Positions 22,201 through 32,213 of a DNA stretch of 37,979 nucleotides are shown in pieces (position 1 is the first letter of the stretch; the number at the start of each line of letters is the position of its first letter). Source of the stretch: Nemertoderma westbladi (taxonomy: Eukaryota; Animalia; Xenacoelomorpha); assembly GCA_032718475.1 (NCBI GenBank), contig JAUCBJ010005684.1, positions 1-37,979 on the forward strand, given 5' to 3'. The translations under genes were made by a program, and so were the position numbers. The notes under the pieces were generated by a model. It was not told where the DNA came from, made no database searches, and saw nothing but the letters and a program-made list of their open reading frames with translations.

Positions 22201-25200
22201 TATGAGCTACCCTACATAGAGACAGCTTCGTTATAACGTATGAGCTACCCTACATAGAGACAGCTTCGTTATAACGTATGAGCTACCCTACATAAAGACA
22301 GCTTCGTTATAACGTATGAGCTACCCTACATAGAGACAGCTTCGTTATAACGTATGAGCTACCCTACATAAAGACAGCTTCGTTATAACGTATGAGCTAC
22401 CCTACATAGAGACAGCTTCGTTATAACGTATGAGCTACCCTACATAAAGACAGCTTCGTTATAACGTATGAGCTACCCTACATAAAGACAGCTTCGTTAT
22501 AACGTATGAGCTACCCTACATAGAGACAGCTTCGTTATAACGTATGAGCTACCCTACATAAAGACAGCTTCGTTATAACGTATGAGCTACCCTACATAAA
22601 GACAGCTTCGTTATAACGTATGAGCTACCCTACATAAAGACAGCTTCGTTATAACGTATGAGCTACCCTACATAGAGACAGCTTCGTTATAACGTATGAG
22701 CTACCCTACATAAAGACAGCTTCGTTATAACGTATGAGCTACCCTACATAAAGACAGCTTCGTTATAACGTATGAGCTACCCTACATAAAGACAGCTTCG
22801 TTATAACGTATGAGCTACCCTACATAAAGACAGCTTCGTTATAACGTATGAGCTACCCTACATAAAGACAGCTTCGTTATAACGTATGAGCTACCCTACA
22901 TAGAGACAGCTTCGTTATAACGTATGAGCTACCCTACATAAGACAGCTTCGTTATAACGTATGAGCTACCCTACATAAAGACAGCTTCGTTATAACGTAT
23001 GAGCTACCCTACATAGAGACAGCTTCGTTATAACGTATGAGCTACCCTACATAAAGACAGCTTCGTTATAACGTATGAGCTACCCTACATAAAGACAGCT
23101 TCGTTATAACGTATGAGCTACCCTACATAAAGACAGCTTCGTTATAACGTATGAGCTACCCTATATAAAGACAGCTTCGTTATAACGTATGAGCTACCCT
23201 ACATAGAGACAGCTTCGTTATAACGTATGAGCTACCCTACATAAAGACAGCTTCGTTATAACGTATGAGCTACCCTACATAAAGACAGCTTCGTTATAAC
23301 GTATGAGCTACCCTACATAAAGACAGCTTCGTTATAACGTATGAGCTACCCTACATAAAGACAGCTTCGTTATAACGTATGAGCTACCCTACATAGAGAC
23401 AGCTTCGTTATAACGTATGAGCTACCCTACATAAAGACAGCTTCGTTATAACGTATGAGCTACCCTACATAAAGACAGCTTCGTTATAACGTATGAGCTA
23501 CCCTACATAAAGACAGCTTCGTTATAACGTATGAGCTACCCTACATAAAGACAGCTTCGTTATAACGTATGAGCTACCCTACATAGAGACAGCTTCGTTA
23601 TAACGTATGAGCTACCCTACATAAAGACAGCTTCGTTATAACGTATGAGCTACCCTACATAAAGACAGCTTCGTTATAACGTATGAGCTACCCTACATAA
23701 AGACAGCTTCGTTATAACGTATGAGCTACCCTACATAAAGACAGCTTCGTTATAACGTATGAGCTACCCTACATAAAGACAGCTTCGTTATAACGTATGA
23801 GCTACCCTACATAGAGACAGCTTCGTTATAACGTATGAGCTACCCTACATAAAGACAGCTTCGTTATAACGTATGAGCTACCCTACATAGAGACAGCTTC
23901 GTTATAACGTATGAGCTACCCTACATAAAGACAGCTTCGTTATAACGTATGAGCTACCCTACATAAAGACAGCTTCGTTATAACGTATGAGCTACCCTAC
24001 ATAGAGACAGCTTCGTTATAACGTATGAGCTACCCTACATAGAGACAGCTTCGTTATAACGTATGAGCTACCCTACATAGAGACAGCTTCGTTATAACGT
24101 ATGAGCTACCCTACATAGAGACAGCTTCGTTATAACGTATGAGCTACCCTACATAGAGACAGCTTCGTTATAACGTATGAGCTACCCTACATAGAGACAG
24201 CTTCGTTATAACGTATGAGCTACCCTACATAAAGACAGCTTCGTTATAACGTATGAGCTACCCTACATAGAGACAGCTTCGTTATAACGTATGAGCTACC
24301 CTACATAAAGACAGCTTCGTTATAACGTATGAGCTACCCTACATAGAGACAGCTTCGTTATAACGTATGAGCTACCCTACATAGAGACAGCTTCGTTATA
24401 ACGTATGAGCTACCCTACATAAAGACAGCTTCGTTATAACGTATGAGCTACCCTACATAAAGACAGCTTCGTTATAACGTATGAGCTACCCTACATAAAG
24501 ACAGCTTCGTTATAACGTATGAGCTACCCTACATAGAGACAGCTTCGTTATAACGTATGAGCTACCCTACATAGAGACAGCTTCGTTATAACGTATGAGC
24601 TACCCTACATAAAGACAGCTTCGTTATAACGTATGAGCTACCCTACATAGAGACAGCTTCGTTATAACGTATGAGCTACCCTACATAATGACAGCTTCGT
24701 TATAACGTATGAGCTACCCTACATAAAGACAGCTTCGTTATAACGTATGAGCTACCCTACATAAAGACAGCTTCGTTATAACGTATGAGCTACCCTACAT
24801 AGAGACAGCTTCGTTATAACGTATGAGCTACCCTACATAGAGACAGCTTCGTTATAACGTATGAGCTACCCTACATAAAGACAGCTTCGTTATAACGTAT
24901 GAGCTACCCTACATAAAGACAGCTTCGTTATAACGTATGAGCTACCCTACATAAAGACAGCTTCGTTATAACGTATGAGCTACCCTACATAAAGACAGCT
25001 TCGTTATAACGTATGAGCTACCCTACATAAAGACAGCTTCGTTATAACGTATGAGCTACCCTACATAGAGACAGCTTCGTTATAACGTATGAGCTACCCT
25101 ACATAAAGACAGCTTCGTTATAACGTATGAGCTACCCTACATAAAGACAGCTTCGTTATAACGTATGAGCTACCCTACATAGAGACAGCTTCGTTATAAC

Positions 25201-28200
25201 GTATGAGCTACCCTACATAAAGACAGCTTCGTTATAACGTATGAGCTACCCTACATAAAGACAGCTTCGTTATAACGTATGAGCTACCCTACATAGAGAC
25301 AGCTTCGTTATAACGTATGAGCTACCCTACATAAAGACAGCTTCGTTATAACGTATGAGCTACCCTACATAAAGACAGCTTCGTTATAACGTATGAGCTA
25401 CCCTACATAAAGACAGCTTCGTTATAACGTATGAGCTACCCTACATAGAGACAGCTTCGTTATAACGTATGAGCTACCCTACATAGAGACAGCTTCGTTA
25501 TAACGTATGAGCTACCCTACATAGAGACAGCTTCGTTATAACGTATGATCTACCCTACATAGAGACAGCTTCGTTATAACGTATGAGCTACCCTACATAG
25601 AGACAGCTTCGTTATAACGTATGAGCTACCCTACATAAAGACAGCTTCGTTATAACGTATGAGCTACCCTACATAGAGACAGCTTCGTTGTAACGTATGA
25701 GCTACCCTACATAGAGACAGCTTCGTTATAACGTATGAGCTACCCTACATAAAGACAGCTTCGTTATAACGTATGAGCTACCCTACATAAAGACAGCTTC
25801 GTTATAACGTATGAGCTACCCTACATAAAGACAGCTTCGTTATAACGTATGAGCTACCCTACATAGAGACAGCTTCGTTATAACGTATGAGCTACCCTAC
25901 ATAGAGACAGCTTCGTTATAACGTATGAGCTACCCTATATAAAGACAGCTTCGTTATAACGTATGAGCTACCCTACATAGAGACAGCTTCGTTATAACGT
26001 ATGAGCTACCCTACATAATGACAGCTTCGTTATAACGTATGAGCTACCCTACATAAAGACAGCTTCGTTATAACGTATGAGCTACCCTACATAAAGACAG
26101 CTTCGTTATAACGTATGAGCTACCCTACATAGAGATAGCTTCGTTGTAACGTATGATCTACCCTACATAGAGACAGATTCGTTATAACGTATGAGCTACC
26201 CTATATAAAGACAGCTTCGTTATAACGTATGAGCTACCCTACATAAAGACAGCTTCGTTATAACGTATGAGCTACCCTACATAAAGACAGCTTCGTTATA
26301 ACGTATGAGCTACCCTACATAAAGACAGCTTCGTTATAACGTATGAGCTACCCTACATAAAGACAGCTTCGTTATAACGTATGAGCTACCCTACATAGAG
26401 ACAGCTTCGTTATAACGTATGAGCTACCCTACATAAAGACAGCTTCGTTATAACGTATGAGCTACCCTACATAAAGACAGCTTCGTTATAACGTATGAGT
26501 TACCCTATATAGAGATAGCTTCGTTATAACGTATGAGCTACCCTACATAGAGACAGCTTCGTTATAACGTATGAGCTACCCTACATAGAGACAGCTTCGT
26601 TATAACGTATGAGCTACCCTATATAAAGACAGCTTCGTTATAACGTATGAGCTACCCTACATAGAGACAGCTTCGTTATAACGTATGAGCTACCCTACAT
26701 AAAGACAGCTTCGTTATAACGTATGAGCTACCCTACATAAAGACAGCTTCGTTATAACGTATGAGCTACCCTACATAAAGACAGCTTCGTTATAACGTAT
26801 GAGCTACCCTACATAAAGACAGCTTCGTTATAACGTATGAGCTACCCTACATAGAGACAGCTTCGTTATAACGTATGAGCTACCCTACATAGAGACAGCT
26901 TCGTTATAACGTATGATCTACCCTACATAGAGACAGATTCGTTATAACGTATGAGCTACCCTACATAAAGACAGCTTCGTTATAACGTATGAGCCACCCT
27001 ACATAGAGACAGCTTCGTTATAACGTATGAGCTACCCTACATAAAGACAGCTTCGTTATAACGTATGAGCTACCCTACATAGAGACAGATTCGTTATAAC
27101 GTATGAGCTACCCTACATAAAGACAGCTTCGTTATAACGTATGAGCTACCCTACATAAAGACAGCTTCGTTATAACGTATGAGCTACCCTACATAGAGAC
27201 AGCTTCGTTATAACGTATGAGCTACCCTACGTAAAGACAGCTTCGTTATAACGTATGAGCTACCCTACATAAAGACAGCTTCGTTATAACGTATGAGCTA
27301 CCCTACATAAAGACAGCTTCGTTATAACGTATGAGCTACCCTACATAGAGACTGCTTCGTTATAACGTACGAGCTACCCTACATAAAGACAGCTTCGTTA
27401 TAACGTATGAGCTACCCTACATAAAGACAGCTTCGTTATAACGTATGAGCTACCCTACATAAAGATAGCTTCGTTATAACGTATGAGCTACCCTACATAA
27501 TGACAGCTTCGTTATAACGTATGAGCTACCCTACATAATGACAGCTTCGTTATAACGTATGAGCTACCCTACATAAAGATAGCTTCGTTATAACGTATGA
27601 GCTACCCTACATAATGACAGCTTCGTTATAACGTATGAGCTACCCTACATAAAGATAGCTTCGTTATAACGTATGAGCTACCCTACATAGAGACAGCTTC
27701 GTTATAACGTATGAGCTACCCTACATAAAGACAGCTTCGTTATAACGTATGAGCTACCCTACATAAAGACAGCTTCGTTATAACGTATGAGCTACCCTAC
27801 ATAAAGACAGCTTCGTTATAACGTATGAGCTACCCTATATAAAGACAGCTTCGTTATAACGTATGAGCTACCCTACATAGAGACAGCTTCGTTATAACGT
27901 ATGAGCTACCCTACATAAAGACAGCTTCGTTATAACGTATGAGCTACCCTACATAAAGACAGCTTCGTTATAACGTATGAGCTACCCTACATAAAGACAG
28001 CTTCGTTATAACGTATGAGCTACCCTACATAAAGACAGCTTCGTTATAACGTATGAGCTACCCTACATAAAGACAGCTTCGTTATAACGTATGAGCTACC
28101 CTACATAAAGACAGCTTCGTTATAACGTATGAGCTACCCTACATAAAGACAGCTTCGTTATAACGTATGAGCTACCCTACATAGAGACAGCTTCGTTATA

Positions 28201-31200
28201 ACGTATGAGCTACCCTACATAAAGACAGCTTCGTTATAACGTATGAGCTACCCTACATAGAGAGCTTCGTTATAACGTATGAGCTACCCTACATAAAGAC
28301 AGCTTCGTTATAACGTATGAGCTACCCTACATAGAGACAGCTTCGTTATAACGTATGAGCTACCCTATATAGAGACAGCTTCGTTATAACGTATGAGCTA
28401 CCCTACATAGAGACAGCTTCGTTATAACGTATGAGCTACCCTACATAGAGACAGCTTCGTTATAACGTATGAGCTACCCTATATAGAGACAGCTTCGTTA
28501 TAACGTATGAGCTACCCTACATAGAGACAGCTTCGTTATAACGGATGAGCTACCCTACATAGAGACAGCTTCGTTATAACGTATGAGCTACCCTACATAA
28601 AGACAGCTTCGTTCTAACGTATGAGCTACCCTACATAGAGATAGCTTCGTTATAACGTATGAACTACCCTACATAGAGATAGCTTCGTTATAACGTATGA
28701 GCTACCCTACATAGAGACAGCTTCGTTATAACGTATGAGCTACCCTACATAAAGACAGCTTCGTTCTAACGTATGAGCTACCCTACATAGAGATAGCTTC
28801 GTTATAACGTATGAACTACCCTACATAGAGACAGCTTCGTTATAACGTATGAGCTACCCTACATAAAGAGAGCTTCGTTATAACGTATGAGCTACCCTAC
28901 ATAAAGAGAGCTTCGTTATAACGTATGAGCTACCCTACATAAAGAGAGCTTCGTTATAACGTATGAGCTACCCTACATAGAGACAGCTTCGTTATAACGT
29001 ATGAGCTACCCTACATAGAGACAGCTTCGTTCTAACGTATGAGCTACCCTACATAAAGAGAGCTTCGTTATAACGTATGAGCTACCCTACATAGAGACAG
29101 CTTCGTTCTAACGTATGAGCTACCCTACATAGAGATAGCTTCGTTATAACGTATGAACTACCCTACATAAAGAGAGCTTCGTTATAACGTATGAGCTACC
29201 CTACATAGAGACAGCTTCGTTATAACGTATGAGCTACCCTACACAAAGACAGCTTCGTTATAACGTATGAGCTACCCTACATAAAGAGAGCTTCGTTATA
29301 ACGTATGAGCTACCCTACATAGAGACAGCTTCGTTATAACGTATGAGCTACCCTACATAAAGACGGCTTCGTTATAACGTATGAGCTACCCTACATAGAG
29401 ACAGCTTCGTTATAACGTATGAGCTACCCTACATAGAGACAGCATCGTTATAACGTATGAGCTACCCTACATAAAGACAGCTTCGTTATAACGTATGAGC
29501 TACCCTACATAGAGAAGCTTCGTTATAACGTATGAGCTACCCTACATAAAGACAGCTTCGTTATAACGTATGAGCTACCCTACATAAAGACAGCTTCGTT
29601 ATAACGTATGAGCTACCCTACATAAAGACAGCTTCGTTATAACGTATGAGCTACCCTACATAAAGACAGCTTCGTTATAACGTATGAGCTACCCTACATA
29701 AAGACAGCTTCGTTATAACGTATGAGCTACCCTACATAAAGACAGCTTCGTTATAACGTATGAGCTACCCTACATAAAGACAGCTTCGTTATAACGTATG
29801 AGCTACCCTACATAGAGACAGCTTCGTTATAACGTATGAGCTACCCTACATAAAGACAGCTTCGTTATAACGTATGAGCTACCCTACATAGAGAGCTTCG
29901 TTATAACGTATGAGCTACCCTACATAAAGACAGCTTCGTTATAACGTATGAGCTACCCTACATAGAGACAGCTTCGTTATAACGTATGAGCTACCCTATA
30001 TAGAGACAGCTTCGTTATAACGTATGAGCTACCCTACATAGAGACAGCTTCGTTATAACGTATGAGCTACCCTACATAGAGACAGCTTCGTTATAACGTA
30101 TGAGCTACCCTATATAGAGACAGCTTCGTTATAACGTATGAGCTACCCTACATAGAGACAGCTTCGTTATAACGGATGAGCTACCCTACATAGAGACAGC
30201 TTCGTTATAACGTATGAGCTACCCTACATAAAGACAGCTTCGTTCTAACGTATGAGCTACCCTACATAGAGATAGCTTCGTTATAACGTATGAACTACCC
30301 TACATAGAGATAGCTTCGTTATAACGTATGAGCTACCCTACATAGAGACAGCTTCGTTATAACGTATGAGCTACCCTACATAAAGACAGCTTCGTTCTAA
30401 CGTATGAGCTACCCTACATAGAGATAGCTTCGTTATAACGTATGAACTACCCTACATAGAGACAGCTTCGTTATAACGTATGAGCTACCCTACATAAAGA
30501 GAGCTTCGTTATAACGTATGAGCTTCCCTACATAAAGAGAGCTTCGTTATAACGTATGAGCTACCCTACATAAAGAGAGCTTCGTTATAACGTATGAGCT
30601 ACCCTACATAGAGACAGCTTCGTTATAACGTATGAGCTACCCTACATAGAGACAGCTTCGTTCTAACGTATGAGCTACCCTACATAAAGAGAGCTTCGTT
30701 ATAACGTATGAGCTACCCTACATAGAGACAGCTTCGTTCTAACGTATGAGCTACCCTACATAGAGATAGCTTCGTTATAACGTATGAACTACCCTACATA
30801 AAGAGAGCTTCGTTATAACGTATGAGCTACCCTACATAGAGACAGCTTCGTTATAACGTATGAGCTACCCTACACAAAGACAGCTTCGTTATAACGTATG
30901 AGCTACCCTACATAAAGAGAGCTTCGTTATAACGTATGAGCTACCCTACATAGAGACAGCTTCGTTATAACGTATGAGCTACCCTACATAAAGACGGCTT
31001 CGTTATAACGTATGAGCTACCCTACATAGAGACAGCTTCGTTATAACGTATGAGCTACCCTACATAGAGACAGCTTCGTTATAACGTATGAGCTACCCTA
31101 CATAAAGACAGCTTCGTTATAACGTATGAGCTACCCTACATAGAGAAGCTTCGTTATAACGTATGAGCTACCCTACATAAAGACAGCTTCGTTATAACGT

Positions 31201-32012
31201 ATGAGCTACCCTACATAAAGACAGCTTCGTTATAACGTATGAGCTACCCTACATAAAGAGAGCTTCGTTATAACGTATGAGCTACCCTACATAGAGACAG
31301 CTTCGTTCTAACGTATGAGCTACCCTACATAGAGATAGCTTCGTTATAACGTATGAACTGCCCTACATAGAGACAGCTTCGTTATAACGTATGAGCTACC
31401 CTACATAGAGATAGCTTCGTTATAACGTATGAACTACCCTACATAAAGCTTAGTTAGCTTCGTTACACTAATTAATTGAATTTTTTATTTTTTATTCAGA
31501 CGATGATACAACGCCAATAGAAACTCCGCCACCAGAACAAGTATCATGGCAATGGAGGTTAGTTATGATAAATAATGAATTAAAAGCGAATTAGTAATAT
31601 TGTTGTAAATATATTCAATTCTCATTTTAACCATAAATTATTATAAATATAATTATAACAATAATTTTCAATAAAATGGTGAAGGACAGGCAAATAAGTA
31701 TATTTGTTTTAAATTGTTTTTGCGGTAAGACAATGTGACTGTCAGTCAAGTCTGCAATGTCAGCACCTCGATAATAATATTCCAAATATTTTCTTTACAT
31801 TCCGGTGTGGGATCGAGGCATGTCGTGTCATAAACATACAAACATACATACATACACTCACCATACAGTTAAAGTAACAAGTTCTAACGATTTTCAAATT
31901 ATATTGCAGTCCGATAGAAGTGGGTGTGGTTGTCGCTCTAACTCTCACTGTTGCCACAGCTCTGGGTGTTGGTTACGCCTATATGACCTCTGTTGCTACT
32001 CCCACGGTGTAG
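1216..32012 (+). CDS. Multi-exon gene (5'-partial) for a membrane-anchored extracellular protein: Thr/Gly/Ala repeat + 5x TSP1 + LamG-like domain + C-terminal hydrophobic anchor; join(1216-1266,1613-3928,9624-9776,10236-10400,10630-10794,11814-11969,14765-14920,17229-17900,31500-31557,31910-32012)
   Basis: Every exon is bounded by AG/GT and the phases are mutually compatible (phase 1 throughout, phase 2 before the last exon). The spliced frame has no stop until TAG at 32010-32012, and the domain order is coherent. Linking the repeat exon to the TSP1 exons is inferred from phase compatibility. Confidence 0.8.
1613..3928 (+). CDS. Giant repeat exon (~772 aa): several TAGTGST heptads, then ~56 copies of the 13-aa unit TAGTGSTTAGTGA (39 bp)
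   Basis: Acceptor tgtttaaag at 1612 enters the ORF-1603 frame in phase 1. Variation between units is almost all synonymous. Donor is G|gtatgg (3928) or alternatively G|gtttgt (3955), both phase 1. Confidence 0.85.
4032..4826. mobile_element. Non-autonomous DNA transposon, Kolobok-like (TTAA TSD, GG...CC termini), 795 bp
   Basis: TTAA(4028-4031)-GGTTGTAGGGTACCC ... GGGATACCCTACAACC-TTAA(4827-4830): terminal inverted repeats plus duplicated TTAA. No transposase ORF. Confidence 0.8.
5328..7800 (-). mobile_element. 5'-truncated non-LTR retrotransposon (LINE) with (TAA)n 3' tail
   Basis: RT ORF 5772-7703, whose frame stays open up to ~7803. About 430 bp of 3' UTR ends in a (TTA)n run at ~5328-5344 on +. 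The endonuclease domain is missing. Confidence 0.9.
5772..7703 (-). CDS. LINE ORF2 reverse transcriptase, C-terminal part (N-terminal endonuclease lost)
   Basis: Non-LTR RT motifs LQMGY, LDLSSAFDKV, GVRQGGVLSPLLF, YADD, LKINIKKT and YMG; 643 aa without stops. Confidence 0.92.
   Translation of the reverse strand: MQCYLEHRALLKSNQQSMYHSYNSHIKELAESTRNPQHFWKLIKMVKPRKPMSPTAADTLHNELKSHFNADNPTEAPQPSDHTHTCPSNINPVYNDSKQANKFVTALTIEENIKELNKGKTGDYYNIQSEHLHYGSSHILCKFIADIFNQINYSGECPKILCTGLMLAVPKPSKNQKLQIAPGNNSRMITILATLAKLWEITIKGDMKEILKTNDLQMGYKENLSSESAYLTVNNLIKYFNKKNSPIYMLSLDLSSAFDKVSYHKLFDKLRQTKLNNKLVNAIESYYRNSLAFLNCDGYIHSEGIHLGQGVRQGGVLSPLLFNFYIAEMVNEIVNSGLGIHLGHQSFSIVSYADDIIVLANSIHDIEALTNILTNSLTELNLKINIKKTHIIVSNPDSSMSIGESLKIIGDTLFSEPTCTYMGLPLPGTDKNLKDLFTSKIWMNFSMLSSRGLKPNPVSLNVTATIWRSVCIPSITYGSSSLSTKLIDDVATTCRKGMRSILHAGNYIKNKVLNVFFGSADLSNTILAHQCRSIYNIFNSHNDKLTYLFGRLLSIHLSGEDCIELYKVYMMNSWKVGLPSLISLATHLYKLNLCIRNCKFPYLLNSLTPEEHFCSLYFQSILNNADAPYSTKMDLIREFTLTV
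7799..8890 (+). mobile_element. 3' fragment of RTE-like LINE, interrupted by a DNA transposon at 8022-8727
   Basis: Aligns by eye with 37062-37519 (tgtgtcaag.acaatg.acacatctcc, acattggaggtgt, gccttgaagatgcg, cacagcattcttaat). Ends in an (AGT)n tail at ~8880-8890. Confidence 0.8.
8022..8727. mobile_element. Non-autonomous piggyBac-like element (MITE), 706 bp
   Basis: TTAA(8018-8021)-CCCTATTAAACCCGG ... CCGGTACTAATAGGG-TTAA(8728-8731). The CCCT/AGGG ends are piggyBac-type, and excising the element restores the LINE sequence seen uninterrupted at ~18194-18225. Confidence 0.85.
9095..9293 (-). mobile_element. Degenerate tRNA-derived SINE copy
   Basis: Pol III B-box GGTTCGATTCC on the minus strand (9281-9291). 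The body matches 37615-37760 in reverse (ctctgccttgcatc, gtagctaaatg, tcagactttgtg). Confidence 0.6.
9624..9776 (+). CDS. TSP1 repeat 1 exon (GCSYTEWIKLGDCSSTCGSGMQNYTR...CNTQDCP)
   Basis: ccccttag acceptor, G|gtaaga donor, 153 nt, phase 1-1. Six Cys, W, CSxTCGxG motif. Confidence 0.93.
10236..10400 (+). CDS. TSP1 repeat 2 exon (GCVWGEWVELPPVGCSKYCDGGTRTYVR...CNTQNCPS)
   Basis: ttattatag acceptor, G|gtaagg donor, 165 nt, phase 1-1. WxxW and six Cys. Not in the ORF track. Confidence 0.92.
10630..10794 (+). CDS. TSP1 repeat 3 exon (DCVYGDWAAFGTCSELCGGGTQVSTR...CNTGTCSAND)
   Basis: gacttag acceptor and six Cys. The donor G|gtactc is weak, so the 3' boundary is less certain. Confidence 0.88.
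10904..11584. mobile_element. Non-autonomous hairpin-terminated element, Crypton-like
   Basis: ~140-bp imperfect palindrome 10904-11051 centred on CCGAGCGTCAGCGAGG, followed at once by a 25-bp inverted repeat pair (11050-11074 / 11560-11584, 1 mismatch). Confidence 0.6.
11814..11969 (+). CDS. TSP1 repeat 4 exon (VCQYGSWVNDGPCSETCGGGIQKSTR...CNTHACP)
   Basis: ctgctttcag acceptor, G|gtaagc donor, 156 nt, phase 1-1; six Cys. Confidence 0.93.
12340..14476. mobile_element. Degenerate TTAA-type DNA transposon remnant hosting the foldback insertion
   Basis: 12460-12594 resembles 4180-4316 inside the Kolobok-like element, and 12390-12420 resembles 16265-16290. The right end is poly-C + TTAA (14477-14480); the left end was not identified. 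Confidence 0.4.
12630..13880. mobile_element. Foldback / Mutator-like non-autonomous element with TIRs built of 14-15-bp tandem repeats (GGACAATTCGGTCC[C]), 1251 bp
   Basis: Perfect 9-bp TSD GCTTCCTTC (12621-12629 and 13881-13889). Termini are GGATGTAGGACAATTCGGTCC / GGACCGAATTGTCCTGCTTCC, and the internal AT-rich arms are also inverted. Confidence 0.85.
14765..14920 (+). CDS. TSP1 repeat 5 exon (VCGYGDWTAQGGCSQTCGGGLQNYTR...CNVNDCP)
   Basis: ttattctag acceptor, A|gtatgt donor, 156 nt, phase 1-1; six Cys. Not in the ORF track. Confidence 0.93.
15600..16174 (-). mobile_element. Diverged relative of the 8022-8727 element in opposite orientation (left boundary uncertain)
   Basis: tggtgctagcaccaaa...tacaagtttgagatgtccactgc (15690-15750) and tgtttcagaggtataa...cccacggggtttgtagattaa (16122-16178) match the reverse complement of 8192-8254 and 8018-8088. 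Confidence 0.5.
16179..17078. mobile_element. Non-autonomous TTAA-flanked DNA transposon (Kolobok-like) with G/C-rich TIRs and a ~280-bp internal inverted repeat
   Basis: TTAA(16175-16178)-GG..GGGG..GCACCCCC ... GGGGGTGCGCCCCCCC-TTAA(17079-17082). Internal IR at 16624-16900. Confidence 0.65.
17229..17900 (+). CDS. LamG-like / concanavalin A-like jelly-roll domain exon (224 codons)
   Basis: gtctgcag acceptor, G|gtgagt donor, phase 1-1. Motifs SFAITVWIK, PIFEF, WYMVGLVVD..TLY and LLIG..NFRGTMAHFRYY..L are typical of Laminin_G_3/pentraxin-like domains. Confidence 0.88.
17991..18280 (+). mobile_element. Old 3' fragment of the same RTE-like LINE family
   Basis: Similar to 7817-8021 + 8728-8800 and to 37080-37350 (gacacttgaa, gcaggacattgct, ggcct(c)atggag, ccttgaagatg). 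Confidence 0.7.
18722..31465. repeat. 38-bp satellite array, ~12.7 kb, ~335 copies (AGACAGCTTCGTTATAACGTATGAGCTACCCTACATAR), intronic
   Basis: Period 38 (e.g. 18831 and 18869). Units are near-identical apart from one A/G site and contain the palindrome CGTTATAACG. The array starts right after a poly-C run. Confidence 0.97.
31500..31557 (+). CDS. Linker exon (DDDTTPIETPPPEQVSWQW)
   Basis: Branch-like CACTAAT at ~31466, pyrimidine tract and ttcag acceptor, AG|gttagt donor. 58 nt, phase 1 to phase 2. Confidence 0.8.
31910..32012 (+). CDS. Terminal coding exon: hydrophobic anchor and stop (SPIEVGVVVALTLTVATALGVGYAYMTSVATPTV*)
   Basis: attgcag acceptor in phase 2 matches the previous donor. A 22-aa uncharged hydrophobic stretch precedes TAG at 32010-32012. 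Confidence 0.8.
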
Positions 32013-32213
32013 ATAATCGAAAACAAACTGAAAGATTATTATTTTAACTTTATCTAAAAATCAATAATATATATATATCGTATGTTCATACATTCTAGGG
32101 ACAATTTACTACGTAAATACTATATCTATTACGGGTGAATATAATATATTATTCACATTATTATTGGTATGAAACATATTAGCATCAAACTGAAAAACAT
32201 AAATTAATGTAAG

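Noticed and set aside
18722-31465. CRISPR array or CENP-B-box centromeric satellite
   Set aside because: No spacers. CTTCGTTATAACG matches only the left part of the CENP-B box and lacks the essential CGGG.
32001-32012. Class I PDZ-binding motif at the C-terminus (TPTV)
   Set aside because: Position -2 is Pro, not Ser/Thr.
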